Shown here: positions 1 through 9,760 of the stretch, one piece after another | How the letters are laid out: every line of letters starts with the position of its first letter | Numbering within the stretch: position 1 is the first letter of the stretch | Source: Antedon mediterranea | Lineage: Eukaryota; Animalia; Echinodermata | Length of the DNA stretch: 64,000 nucleotides | Assembly (NCBI RefSeq): GCF_964355755.1 | Contig: NC_092673.1 | Span: forward strand, 26,905,648-26,969,647 | Direction of reading: 5' to 3' | Made by a program: the position numbers and the translations under genes | Notes under the pieces: generated by a model | Database searches by the model: none | What the model was told of the DNA's origin: nothing | What the model saw: only the letters and a program-made list of their open reading frames with translations

Positions 1-239
1 GTAAATAGTATTAGAACCTAATCTGTGCCGATTTTATGGTTGACTCGCTAAGGACCTATGTCTAGGTATTTGTGATAATCTTCAATTAATAGTGTGCACT
101 GGAACATGCAGTTGCACGTGAGTAATATATAATGCCCCGGATGTCCAATCGAATACAATTATATTGACCACCAAAACATAGTGACTTTATCGATAACAAT
201 TGTACAACTTAAATCTATTTTATTTTTACTATAGCCTGA

Positions 240-645
240 TGTCATATTATTTATGTTGAGATTCTCTGTGTTTAGAGAAGGATGCTTTAGACCAGGTCCG
301 CCTTATATTATTAGCCAATCAAAATCGTATAATTTTTGGAGGGAAAATGTTATCCTCCTCTGAAGCCTAAAATTTGCGCATGTCCAGTATAAAAGTGGAA
401 TGTAATAGATATTAAAAAGAAGAGAGAATAAGATCAGAGTAGATAAACGGAAAGATGATAAAGAAAATATTAAGGCTTGACTGGTTGTGGTAGAAAGATG
501 TATTAATCGAATTACAAGGAATAAAAGTTCTAGTTGAGTTAAATATACTTTTTGTATGAGTTATCATTCAGTGACAGCTGTGTACGTCGCGTGGAAATAT
601 ATACGCCTGAGAAAGCTCGGAACCAACTAAAATATATTCACTACA
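240..645 (+). repeat. 5' LTR of element 1
   Basis: Direct repeat of 5879-6282; CCAAT 315-319, TATAAAA 388-394, AATAAA 520-525. Confidence 0.96.
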
Positions 646-659
646 TGGTGGCAGCGGTG
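646..659 (+). promoter_or_regulatory. Primer-binding site, complementary to the tRNA-Leu(AAG/UAG) 3' end
   Basis: TGGTGGCAGCGGTG directly after the LTR CA; reverse complement of CACCGCTGCCACCA; identical PBS in element 2. Confidence 0.88.
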
Positions 660-1187
660 AAAATTTTTGTTTAAGATACATGATTTAAGTATCAAGAAGA
701 AGAAGAAGAAGTGACAGTGCCTACTCTACGGGCCTGTTAAATCAGTAACCAAAAAGTTAAATGGTTACGAAGATCTGGATTCCTGACAGTTTTTATACCG
801 TGCGTTGTTTGGATATTACAACGAAGAAGAAGTACTGTTGAGCTCAAGGCTGCTGGATATTCATCGGAGATATATATTCACCGAGATCTGAAAGAAGAAA
901 ACTGAAGTCTGAAGTAACAGAAGGAAGCCCAGTAAATTTTGAGAAGATTTGCAAAGCTGACTTTGTAAACTATTTTTTATTTCGAAAGTAAATTTTTGTA
1001 CGGAGCGAACTTGGAACTTTGTTTGTGACTTTGAAGTAAATTAATGTCTTATATTGTATTGCATTTAAAAATTTATGTGGATTTCATATTTTTACATATC
1101 TGAATGGAATCAAGGTAATACAAATACTTTTATAACATATTTTGTATACATAAGTTTACATATTTCATTAGTAAAATTGTTATTAGC

Positions 1188-4100
1188 ATGACAACTTTAA
1201 GATCGGGTAAAAATATAGATAAGACTATGTCAGACAAAGATACTAGGGAAGATATGGTTGACCAAGAAGAGGTTGACCAAGTCAATGAAATATATGATAA
1301 AATGGATAGGGATATTGATTTGCCCGAAATACCCGGCGGTATGCCTAAAGATATGATGCTCGAATATTTTCGAATGAAGTTCGAGGCCGAAAACAATAAG
1401 TTAAGATTAGAAGCAGATATAGAGCAAAGAAAAATTGAATCACAAGAAAGAGTGAAAATGATGGAATTAGAAAATAGGTCTAGCTACAATAATGCTAGGA
1501 ATATAGTAGATGAAATGAAGGTAAAGGTTCCTACTTTGAAGGAATCAGATGATATTGATATATATTTTAGAACATTTGAACACTTGGCAGAAGCCACAGG
1601 TTGTTATAAGAATACGTGGTCCGCTGGGTTAGCACCTGAACTGTCTGGTAAAGCTAGGACAGCATATGCATCCTTAACCGTAAAAGAATGTGTAGATTAT
1701 GATACCTTAAAGAAGGCAATCTTAGAAAAGTATGATGTGTCCGCAGAGACTTACAGATTTAAATTTAGAAATTCAAACAGAGTTAAAGATATGTCCATCA
1801 GGGAATGGCTGAATGAGCTCTCCCATTATTTAAAATGTTGGATGAAATGTGCTAATGTAAAAGAAGATGATGCTGCAGGCATTATTGAAATGATTATAAT
1901 GGAACAGGCACTTGATAAAATGCCTGAAGATCTGAGGCTTTATCTTAGAGATAAACAAGTAAATAAGACCTATGATATGGCTATGATAGCCGATGATTAT
2001 ATAGCTAATAGAGGTGGCCGTGGCTATTGGAATGCCGTAAATTCTGAAAATAAGCCTACGTATTATAAGGGCCAAGAAAATAGTAAACCTAAGAATAGTA
2101 CGACTCAGAATAACCCTGGAGCTAGGCAGCAAGGATACAATAGGTATCGCGGAAGGGGAGGCAAATTCCATAACTATGGTAGAAATTTCCAACAGAGAGA
2201 ACCTTCAAATGAATGGAATAATGGCCTATGCTTTAATTGTAAGGAGAAGGGACATAAAATAGGGGATTGTCCTAAGATGGTAGCAAAAGGAAAGACTAGT
2301 GACACTAAGAAGGGCCCGAATGTGAAAGATGGCTTAAGATGTGAAGAAATAAAATCAGATAGACCCCAAGTAGTTATGGATAGTGTAGAAAATAAAATGG
2401 AGAAGTGTACAATACCAGGAAAATTAGAAGGACAGGATATAACTATGCTTAGAGACTCGGGATGTACCCAGTTAGCTGTTAAGGAAAGTCTAGTGCCTAA
2501 CAAATGTTACTTGCCAGGAAAATGGGTTACGTTAAGAGGTATAGGAGGCGATATTACCGTCCCCTTAGCTGAGGTAGCTATAGAAAGTAAGATAGTGACA
2601 GGAAAAGTTCTTGTAGCCGTAATCGAAGGATTACAGAGGGACATGTTATTGGGTCATGATTTGGACCAGAATTGTGAGGAAACAATGGCTAAAGAAATGT
2701 TCGTCCTAACTAGGGAGCAAGCCAGAATAGAAAATGATGTTAGAATACAAGACGAAATGATATTGTTAGGGAAAGATAGTAACTTTAAGCCGATAGAAGA
2801 GCCGCCTAAAGAAACTAATGTACAATTGTTGAAAACAGTAGTAAATGACAGCAAAGTAAATAAAATTAAGTGTTTAGATGATAATGGAACAGAAATGAAT
2901 AATTTGTTTGACGAAAATGAGGATAAAGCTAAAGATAAAACAGTCAAACGTAAAACTTATGAACAACAGCACAAGCTGAACCTAACTAAACAAGAACTGA
3001 TCAAATTGCAAACTAAGGATGACTCACTCAAAGGAGTGTTTGACAGGGTAGTCCCTATAGAAGAAATAGGTCAGCATAGGGTATGTTTCTTTATGAGACA
3101 AGGTATATTGATGAGAAATTGGAGTAGTATTATTAAAGATAAGAATAACCAAGTGAAACAGATTGTATTACCCACTCAGTGTAGACAGGGTGTATTACAC
3201 TTAGGTCATAATGTGCCATTTGCAGGTCACATGGGTGTTGAGAAAACTAAAAGTAGGGTCCTGAACCAATTCTATTGGCCAGGTATATTTAAAGATGTGG
3301 TAGTCTATTGTAAAGTCTGTAAGGAATGCCAAAAAGTAGATAAGGGTAAAAGTAAAAGAAAACATACTTTGATACCATTACCGATTATAAGTACACCATT
3401 TAAACGTATAGCGATAGACATTGTTGGACCCTTATCTAGAACAAGCCGTAATAACAAATATATGCTTACTATAATTGACTATGCTACGAGATATCCGGAT
3501 GCTATCCCGTTACCCAATGTTAGAGCTGAAACAGTAGCCAGGGCTCTTATAGAAGTCTTTACTAGAGTAGGATTACCCGAAGAGATTGTACATGATCAAG
3601 GAACTAATTTCATGTCTTCAATTATGCAATCTATATGTAGTATGTTGGGGATTAATCAATTAAGGACTACAGTGTACCACCCCCAAAGCAATGGGCTTGT
3701 TGAAAGATTTCACGGTACATTGAAAAATATGATAAGGACACTTACAGTTAAGCAAAGAAAAAATTGGGATAACTACATACCCCCCTTTCTGTTTGCATAC
3801 AGAGAAGTTCCTAGTAAAGCGACGGGCCATTCACCTTTTAAATTGCTTTGTGGTAGAGAGGTGAGGGGACCCTTGAGTTTACTCAAAAGTAATTGTGTAG
3901 AAGATGAAGAAACATCTACTGATGTTATTAAATACATGTTAGACATAAAAGAAAAAATGGAGAAATTAATGAAAGATGCTAATGTAAACAAACTTGAACA
4001 ACAAGAAATTATGTCCCACAATTATAACAAGAATGCTATTGATAGAGAATTTGTAGAAGGGGACAAAGTGTTGATATTCCTTCCAGTAGGAAATAGTAAG

Positions 4101-5777
4101 TTAGACAGTAAATGGCAAGGCCCCTTCACTGTTACAAAAAAGGTCAATGATGTAAATTATGAAATATACATAGGAGGTAGAAGAAAAGAAAAACAAATTC
4201 TACATGTTAATATGTTAAAGAGATGGTATGATAAAGTAGAAATAAGTAAAGATGGTTATTATGTAGTAACAAATGTTCAGTCGATAGAAGAAGTAGACTT
4301 AAATGAAACAGTCCATGACAATGAGTTAGATAGTGAAATAGACATAGGATTGTCTTATCATCAATCACAAACATGGAGAGATGTTAACGTTAGTAGTAAT
4401 TTAAATGATAAACAAACTAAACAATTAACAGAATTGTTAAAGTACCAACAGAATGTATTCTCGGATGTACCAGGTAGAACTCACTTAGTGACACATGAAA
4501 TTAAGACTAATGGTGAAATGCCTATAAGGCATAGGGCATATAGAACGCCCCAAGCATTAAAGGGTAAATTGAAAGAGGAATTAGATAGTATGTTGGCTAT
4601 GGGTATAATAGAACCTACAGTTAGTGCCTATGCTGCACCTATTATTGCCCTGAAGAAAGGCCAGAATCAAATTAGAATGGTGACAGATTTTAGATCACTA
4701 AATAAGACTACACAATTTGACCCTTATGTTATGCCTCGCATAGACGAAATGTTGGATGAGGTATCATCCGCAATATACATAACTACGTTAGATCTAACTA
4801 AAGGATTTTACCAGGTGCCTCTGGATCCTAAGACCAAAGACAAATCAGCATTTATTACACAATTTGGACAGTATTGTTACAATGTACTTCCATTTGGTAT
4901 GCAAAATAGCTCTAGTACTTTCCAAAGATTAATGGATAAGGTATTACAAGGTACTGAGGGATATGCTAAGGCATATATAGATGACATATGTATTTATAGT
5001 CAAACTTGGAAAGATCATATTTTTCATTTGAATGATGTATTAGAAAGATTAAGTAGTGCTGGATTGACAGCAAAGCCTTTGAAATGTAAAATTGCCTATG
5101 CACAGGTAGAATTTCTGGGGCATAAGATTGGTAATGGAGAAATTAGACCCATGATTGATAAGGTTGAGGCTGTGGAAAAGTTCCCCAGACCTTTGTCTAA
5201 GAAACAAGTCCGATCATTTCTCGGATTAACGGGCTATTACAGAAAATTTGTACAGAACTATGCCGATATTGCTAAGCCATTGATTGATTTAACTTTAAAG
5301 AGTAAAAGTAATACCGTTAAGTGGAATGAACAATGTGAAAATGCCTTTGTAACTTTAAAGAAACGACTTACTGATGATAATGTATTAAAAGCCCCAAATT
5401 TTGATAAGATGTTTTTATTGCAAACCGATGCCTCAAATTATGGCATAGGTGCAGTGCTGAGCCAAATAGATGGTGAGGGTAATGATTATCCCATTGTGTA
5501 CTTAAGTAGAAAGTTATCTGTACATGAGCAGAGATATTCTGTGCCAGAAAAAGAGTGCCTCTCTATTGTTTGGGCTATCAATAAATTTAAGTATTATCTG
5601 TATGGTTGTGAATTTCAAGTTCATACTGACCACCAGGCATTGAGATGGATGGACTCAATGAAGGGTGCCAATGTTAGACTTATGAGATGGGCTCTGTTTT
5701 TACAAGGATATAAATTTAAAGTTATTTACAAGAAAGGATCATTAAATGGAAATGCAGATGGATTAAGCCGTGCATAA
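1188..5777 (+). CDS. gag-pol: Gag-Pol polyprotein: SCAN-like capsid, CCHC knuckle, aspartic protease, integrase (HHCC, DDE, GPY/F), reverse transcriptase, RNase H
   Basis: 1529 aa; YDTLKKAILEKY...YRFKFR...IIMEQAL (SCAN-like); CFNCKEKGHKIGDC; LRDSGC; GHMG...CKEC, IAIDIVGP, HDQG, LVERF; WQGPF; LDLTKGFYQ, PFG, YIDD; TDAS, TDHQAL, ADGLSR. Confidence 0.97.
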   Translation: MTTLRSGKNIDKTMSDKDTREDMVDQEEVDQVNEIYDKMDRDIDLPEIPGGMPKDMMLEYFRMKFEAENNKLRLEADIEQRKIESQERVKMMELENRSSYNNARNIVDEMKVKVPTLKESDDIDIYFRTFEHLAEATGCYKNTWSAGLAPELSGKARTAYASLTVKECVDYDTLKKAILEKYDVSAETYRFKFRNSNRVKDMSIREWLNELSHYLKCWMKCANVKEDDAAGIIEMIIMEQALDKMPEDLRLYLRDKQVNKTYDMAMIADDYIANRGGRGYWNAVNSENKPTYYKGQENSKPKNSTTQNNPGARQQGYNRYRGRGGKFHNYGRNFQQREPSNEWNNGLCFNCKEKGHKIGDCPKMVAKGKTSDTKKGPNVKDGLRCEEIKSDRPQVVMDSVENKMEKCTIPGKLEGQDITMLRDSGCTQLAVKESLVPNKCYLPGKWVTLRGIGGDITVPLAEVAIESKIVTGKVLVAVIEGLQRDMLLGHDLDQNCEETMAKEMFVLTREQARIENDVRIQDEMILLGKDSNFKPIEEPPKETNVQLLKTVVNDSKVNKIKCLDDNGTEMNNLFDENEDKAKDKTVKRKTYEQQHKLNLTKQELIKLQTKDDSLKGVFDRVVPIEEIGQHRVCFFMRQGILMRNWSSIIKDKNNQVKQIVLPTQCRQGVLHLGHNVPFAGHMGVEKTKSRVLNQFYWPGIFKDVVVYCKVCKECQKVDKGKSKRKHTLIPLPIISTPFKRIAIDIVGPLSRTSRNNKYMLTIIDYATRYPDAIPLPNVRAETVARALIEVFTRVGLPEEIVHDQGTNFMSSIMQSICSMLGINQLRTTVYHPQSNGLVERFHGTLKNMIRTLTVKQRKNWDNYIPPFLFAYREVPSKATGHSPFKLLCGREVRGPLSLLKSNCVEDEETSTDVIKYMLDIKEKMEKLMKDANVNKLEQQEIMSHNYNKNAIDREFVEGDKVLIFLPVGNSKLDSKWQGPFTVTKKVNDVNYEIYIGGRRKEKQILHVNMLKRWYDKVEISKDGYYVVTNVQSIEEVDLNETVHDNELDSEIDIGLSYHQSQTWRDVNVSSNLNDKQTKQLTELLKYQQNVFSDVPGRTHLVTHEIKTNGEMPIRHRAYRTPQALKGKLKEELDSMLAMGIIEPTVSAYAAPIIALKKGQNQIRMVTDFRSLNKTTQFDPYVMPRIDEMLDEVSSAIYITTLDLTKGFYQVPLDPKTKDKSAFITQFGQYCYNVLPFGMQNSSSTFQRLMDKVLQGTEGYAKAYIDDICIYSQTWKDHIFHLNDVLERLSSAGLTAKPLKCKIAYAQVEFLGHKIGNGEIRPMIDKVEAVEKFPRPLSKKQVRSFLGLTGYYRKFVQNYADIAKPLIDLTLKSKSNTVKWNEQCENAFVTLKKRLTDDNVLKAPNFDKMFLLQTDASNYGIGAVLSQIDGEGNDYPIVYLSRKLSVHEQRYSVPEKECLSIVWAINKFKYYLYGCEFQVHTDHQALRWMDSMKGANVRLMRWALFLQGYKFKVIYKKGSLNGNADGLSRA

Positions 5778-5867
5778 TAATATTATAGAGGTGTTATTTG
5801 TAGATAGTTTATAGTAAAATGGTTTTAAATGTTAAATTTTTGGAAAGATTGACACAATCTTTTTCCC

Positions 5868-5878
5868 AAAAAGGGGAA
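5868..5878 (+). promoter_or_regulatory. Polypurine tract of element 1
   Basis: AAAAAGGGGAA immediately before the 3' LTR TG. Confidence 0.9.
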
Positions 5879-6282
5879 TGTCATATTATTTATGTTGAGA
5901 TTCTCTGTGTTTAGAGAAGGATGCTTTAGACCAGGTCCGCCTTATATTATTAGCCAATCAAAATCGTATAATTTTTGGAGGGAAAATGTTATCCTCCTCT
6001 GAAGCCTAAAATTTGCGCATGTCCAGTATAAAAGTGGAATGTAATAGATATTAAAAAGAAGAGAGAATAAGATCAGAGTAGATAAACGGAAAGATGATAA
6101 AGAAAATATTAAGGCTTGACTGGTAGTGGTAGAAAGATGTATTAATCGAATTACAAGGAATAAAAGTTCTAGTTGAGTTAAATATATTTTTGTATGAGTT
6201 ATCATTCAGTGACAGTGTACGTCGCGTGGAGTTATATATATACGCCTGAGAAAGCTCGGAACCAACTAAAATAATCACTACA
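5879..6282 (+). repeat. 3' LTR of element 1
   Basis: Direct repeat of 240-645, ends CA followed by TSD CCTGA. Confidence 0.96.
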
Positions 6283-8551
6283 CCTGATATCAAATTGTTA
6301 TTCGTTATAGTTATAATAATAATCCCGCCATTTTTATTCGCTTTTTTGATGTATTTTAATATTTAAGGTGATTATAATATATATTATTGATGTATTTTTA
6401 ATGTTATGTATTGAGATGCCAAATAAATGAAAGAAAGAAAGAAATAAAATATAATCAATATAGCATATTGATGTTATTTTATGAGAGGTAAAGCTCTGTT
6501 TACACTATCAAACTAGTTTGACAACAAAAGTGGGATGTGTCATTGTGTCCATATATGCGCACATCACTGGTTATGGTTGAAAAATGGAATAAAAGAACAT
6601 TGTAAAAATTATTTCTCATCATCATTATATTAATACTTGATGATTATTATAATTGAAGTAAATGGATTCGAACCAAATGACCTGTCAGTTCTAAGGGTCA
6701 TAATATTCATCTGCATTTGTTGTATGTATAGTTATTAAAAACTTAATACTATTAATATTATTTATTGACTATATATAATAAATTAAATAAATTGTTTTTT
6801 TCTTAAAGTTTAAGTTTTCTATAATTGATTGTAGCACAATTTGATGCAAATAACTACAGTATTAGATCATGATTATGTGAAAAATTGAAACACTTTTGTA
6901 GAGTTGCTTTTCTATTCAATTGTATTTCACTATAATGGAACCAAATTGAATAGTAAATGTAAGTAAAGTAAACCATAATTCTTATAATTGTCTTTGATTG
7001 AAATTCAATATGGCATGCTCTTTCTAAACTGTCAGCCCCTATACATCCAGTTTATTTCATAATAATTATATTAATATGCGAGTTATGTTACGCACAGTAG
7101 CATCAGGAAAGAGTCAAATTACACTATTTTTCCACTTTGATGGTAGCATGCAATTTCTCTTAATTTGCCAGTAGAACTTTTGGTCCGTATAAATTGCGCC
7201 TAATAGATGTGTATTTAGATTTGGCCACATTTAAACGGAATATGTGTCGGCCGATCACGTGGTTTGCCACTTTAGATTTCCACGCACATTTTGTATACCT
7301 GTTTAGTTAGGCCTGTGTTTTGAGTTGTGTCTCGAATCACGTACTACGATAGTATGCACGGGCAAATCTATGGGAATCCCACATCCCACCTATGTTGATA
7401 TTGTTGTATGTTTTTCAATATCCCTGTTTTTATTGAATATGGATTTTTGAAAACTTTGTTTATTCAACTTCTCAATTTCTCTCGTTGTTCTTTATACGTG
7501 AATTAAGTAATAAACATACGGGCCTTTCACAACTACCGCCGGACCAGGTCGGACTTTGACAGACGCTTTAGTCTAGTTTAAATTGGTTTTTATTTCGTAT
7601 TATTAGTGCCCTTTCGTTTTTAGACGACTGTGTCTAATAGTTGCTTAGAATAACTTTTCGACTCTAAAGCGTGACGCGTCGTGAGTGTAAAACGAACGGA
7701 TCACAATGATTTTTTTTAATGGACATGATCGTGTCGGGCTCACTATCAATCATCACATCGTATTTTGTCATGCTGTAGCGTGTGCCAGCGTGCCATACGT
7801 GGATTAATAAACCGAATTAAAGGGCCACGAACCTGTTATCGTTTAAGGTTAAGGGTGTATTACTGCCAAGTTTATGAAACAGAGCTGAACACACATTTTA
7901 GCCAAAGAAAATAAAGGAAACATGAGCAGCCGTAGAAAAAAATTACATTTATGAATCAAATTAACTTACTTAGAGGCAAAATCTAAATATCAACTGTTAT
8001 GATTGATGTACTATATGTCGAAATTAACTCAGAGGATAAATTTAAATATCAACTGTTATTTTATCATTGATGTAGGCCTATGTGTAGGCCTTATATAAGT
8101 GTGATTCATAATTTTCTCAAGCACCACCTGTCCCGTTTGGACAAGTGAGGCCTGGGAGCAGGAAGCCACTGCTAACATCAAACACTGGCCACAAGAGCCT
8201 TTACAAGAAATGATACTAGAATATACACAGAAGCATCGGCAACATATCAAAACGAAACGAAAAACTCAAGATGCTTTACTATACACAAGCGGTCATGGAC
8301 ATCAATTCAGTATCGCGTCTTCCCCGACAGCAATCTTCATCCTGTATGACATGCTAAGCGTCTCCTAGGTCTATCAATGCAGAGCCCGTCGAATCAAAGC
8401 GTGTTCGTTTTTTTTTTTCATATTCAGAGATTATTTAGAGGGTTACTATTTGAGAGTTACATTGCGAGAATAGGCTGGATGGTTCAGGTTAATTGAACAT
8501 TTTATATTAACTGCACTGATTGATATGATGGTTCATTTAGTGTAAACCAAT

Positions 8552-8654
8552 ACTTTTATTTTACCTTACGACGTTTCAAGACAGTTCCGTCTAGCTGTGA
8601 CTTCTTCAGTTACTATGCGTTATGACGTCTTGAAACGTAAGGTAAAATAAAAGT
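8552..8654 (-). other. Inverted repeat containing a Penelope-type minimal hammerhead-like motif
   Basis: Arms ACTTTTATTTTACCTTACG(ACG)TTTCAAGAC / GTCTTGAAACGTAAGGTAAAATAAAAGT; minus strand reads CTGAAGA-stem-GAAAC followed by AATAAA. Confidence 0.4.
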
Positions 8655-8992
8655 GATATCATATCAATATACTAATAGAAGCCAGAAGAAAATGTTTTCA
8701 CTATTAATTGCACTGCGTTTTCACAATTTAATACTGTGACTTACAATATGTTACAAAAACATCAACAACGACAACATTTACATTGGCATTAAAGTTAATT
8801 GAAGAAAAGTAATAATAATAATAATATTAGCCTACAGTTGAAAATCTGAGTGTAGGGATCAGTTATGTAGGCCTACAGCATTTTGCAACCATTCTATGAA
8901 CGAATAGGGTTGTTTAGGCCATGTTAGCATTTATACGTTACATTGGTGAAAATGTGCCCATGCCCTTTTCGACAAATCGGCAGCAACTGGTC

Positions 8993-9426
8993 TGTGATAA
9001 TAACTCATGCTAAAGAGGTTATTATCCAGTAACCTTTAGTTACTCCTCTTACAGTTACACATATCATATGGTACCATGTGGCCTAGAAAAAAGCCCCAGA
9101 CAAAGTTAACGGTAATTTTGTCTCAATTTTTGAAAAAGGCTAACTTATCAAACTACTTGGAATATTGTTGGCCAATCAGAAGTCAGAGTGGGTTTTTTAA
9201 ATAGTTAAGATGATATGTTTTAAGTTTAGTTTTGGTATGAAGGTGAACAGACACAGGCCAGCAAGAGCGCCTGTTCATTAAAGAAATATACTTTTACTTT
9301 TACTTTAACTTTACTGCATTTTTGATGTTCATCCTTGTCTGATAACTTTAAATATTAAACCGCTCGGACGTTTCTCCTATATGACTATATAAGCAAACCG
9401 CTCGGACTCATGCGAAGCCCGTAACA
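8993..9426 (+). repeat. 5' LTR of element 2
   Basis: Near-identical to 14446-14886; GGCCAATCAG, TGAACAG...CTGTTCA hairpin before ATTAAA, duplicated AAACCGCTCGGAC. Confidence 0.96.
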
Positions 9427-9440
9427 TGGTGGCAGCGGTG
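9427..9440 (+). promoter_or_regulatory. Primer-binding site (tRNA-Leu)
   Basis: TGGTGGCAGCGGTG directly after the LTR. Confidence 0.88.
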
Positions 9441-9760
9441 CTGGAAACGTTTTTAACCCGTTACTATTAACATTAGACGAACTGTGCTGTGGTGGACCAC
9501 TTCACAATTTTTTTTGATGGATTGTTTGACTTGAATTTTGATCTGAAACAAGACTTTACCAACATTGTGGATGACATTGTTTTCATGCCAGAAACACAAA
9601 GGGAAGGAAAACTTTCTGTCAATATCATCAATGAGTTCCAAGTTAAAGGTACATTTTTCATTTTGTGGTAAAAGTTTGTGATGCCCTATAGTTTAAGTTT
9701 TGTTATATATATCTTACTACGTCTTAAGTCATAGTCATTATATATTGTATAAGTACATTA

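Larger units (their letters stand above)
240..6282 (+). mobile_element. Full-length Gmr1-like Ty3/gypsy LTR retrotransposon (element 1), intact ORF
   Basis: TG...CA LTRs at 240-645 and 5879-6282; 5-bp TSD CCTGA (235-239 / 6283-6287); PBS; PPT; single polyprotein ORF with integrase upstream of RT. Confidence 0.97.

Noticed and set aside
1130-4021. Antisense ORFs within the element-1 polyprotein
   Set aside because: Short shadows of the coding strand, no motifs, not evidently shared with element 2.
5778-5878. env-like third ORF in either retrotransposon
   Set aside because: Only about 100 bp separate the pol stop from the 3' LTR in both elements.
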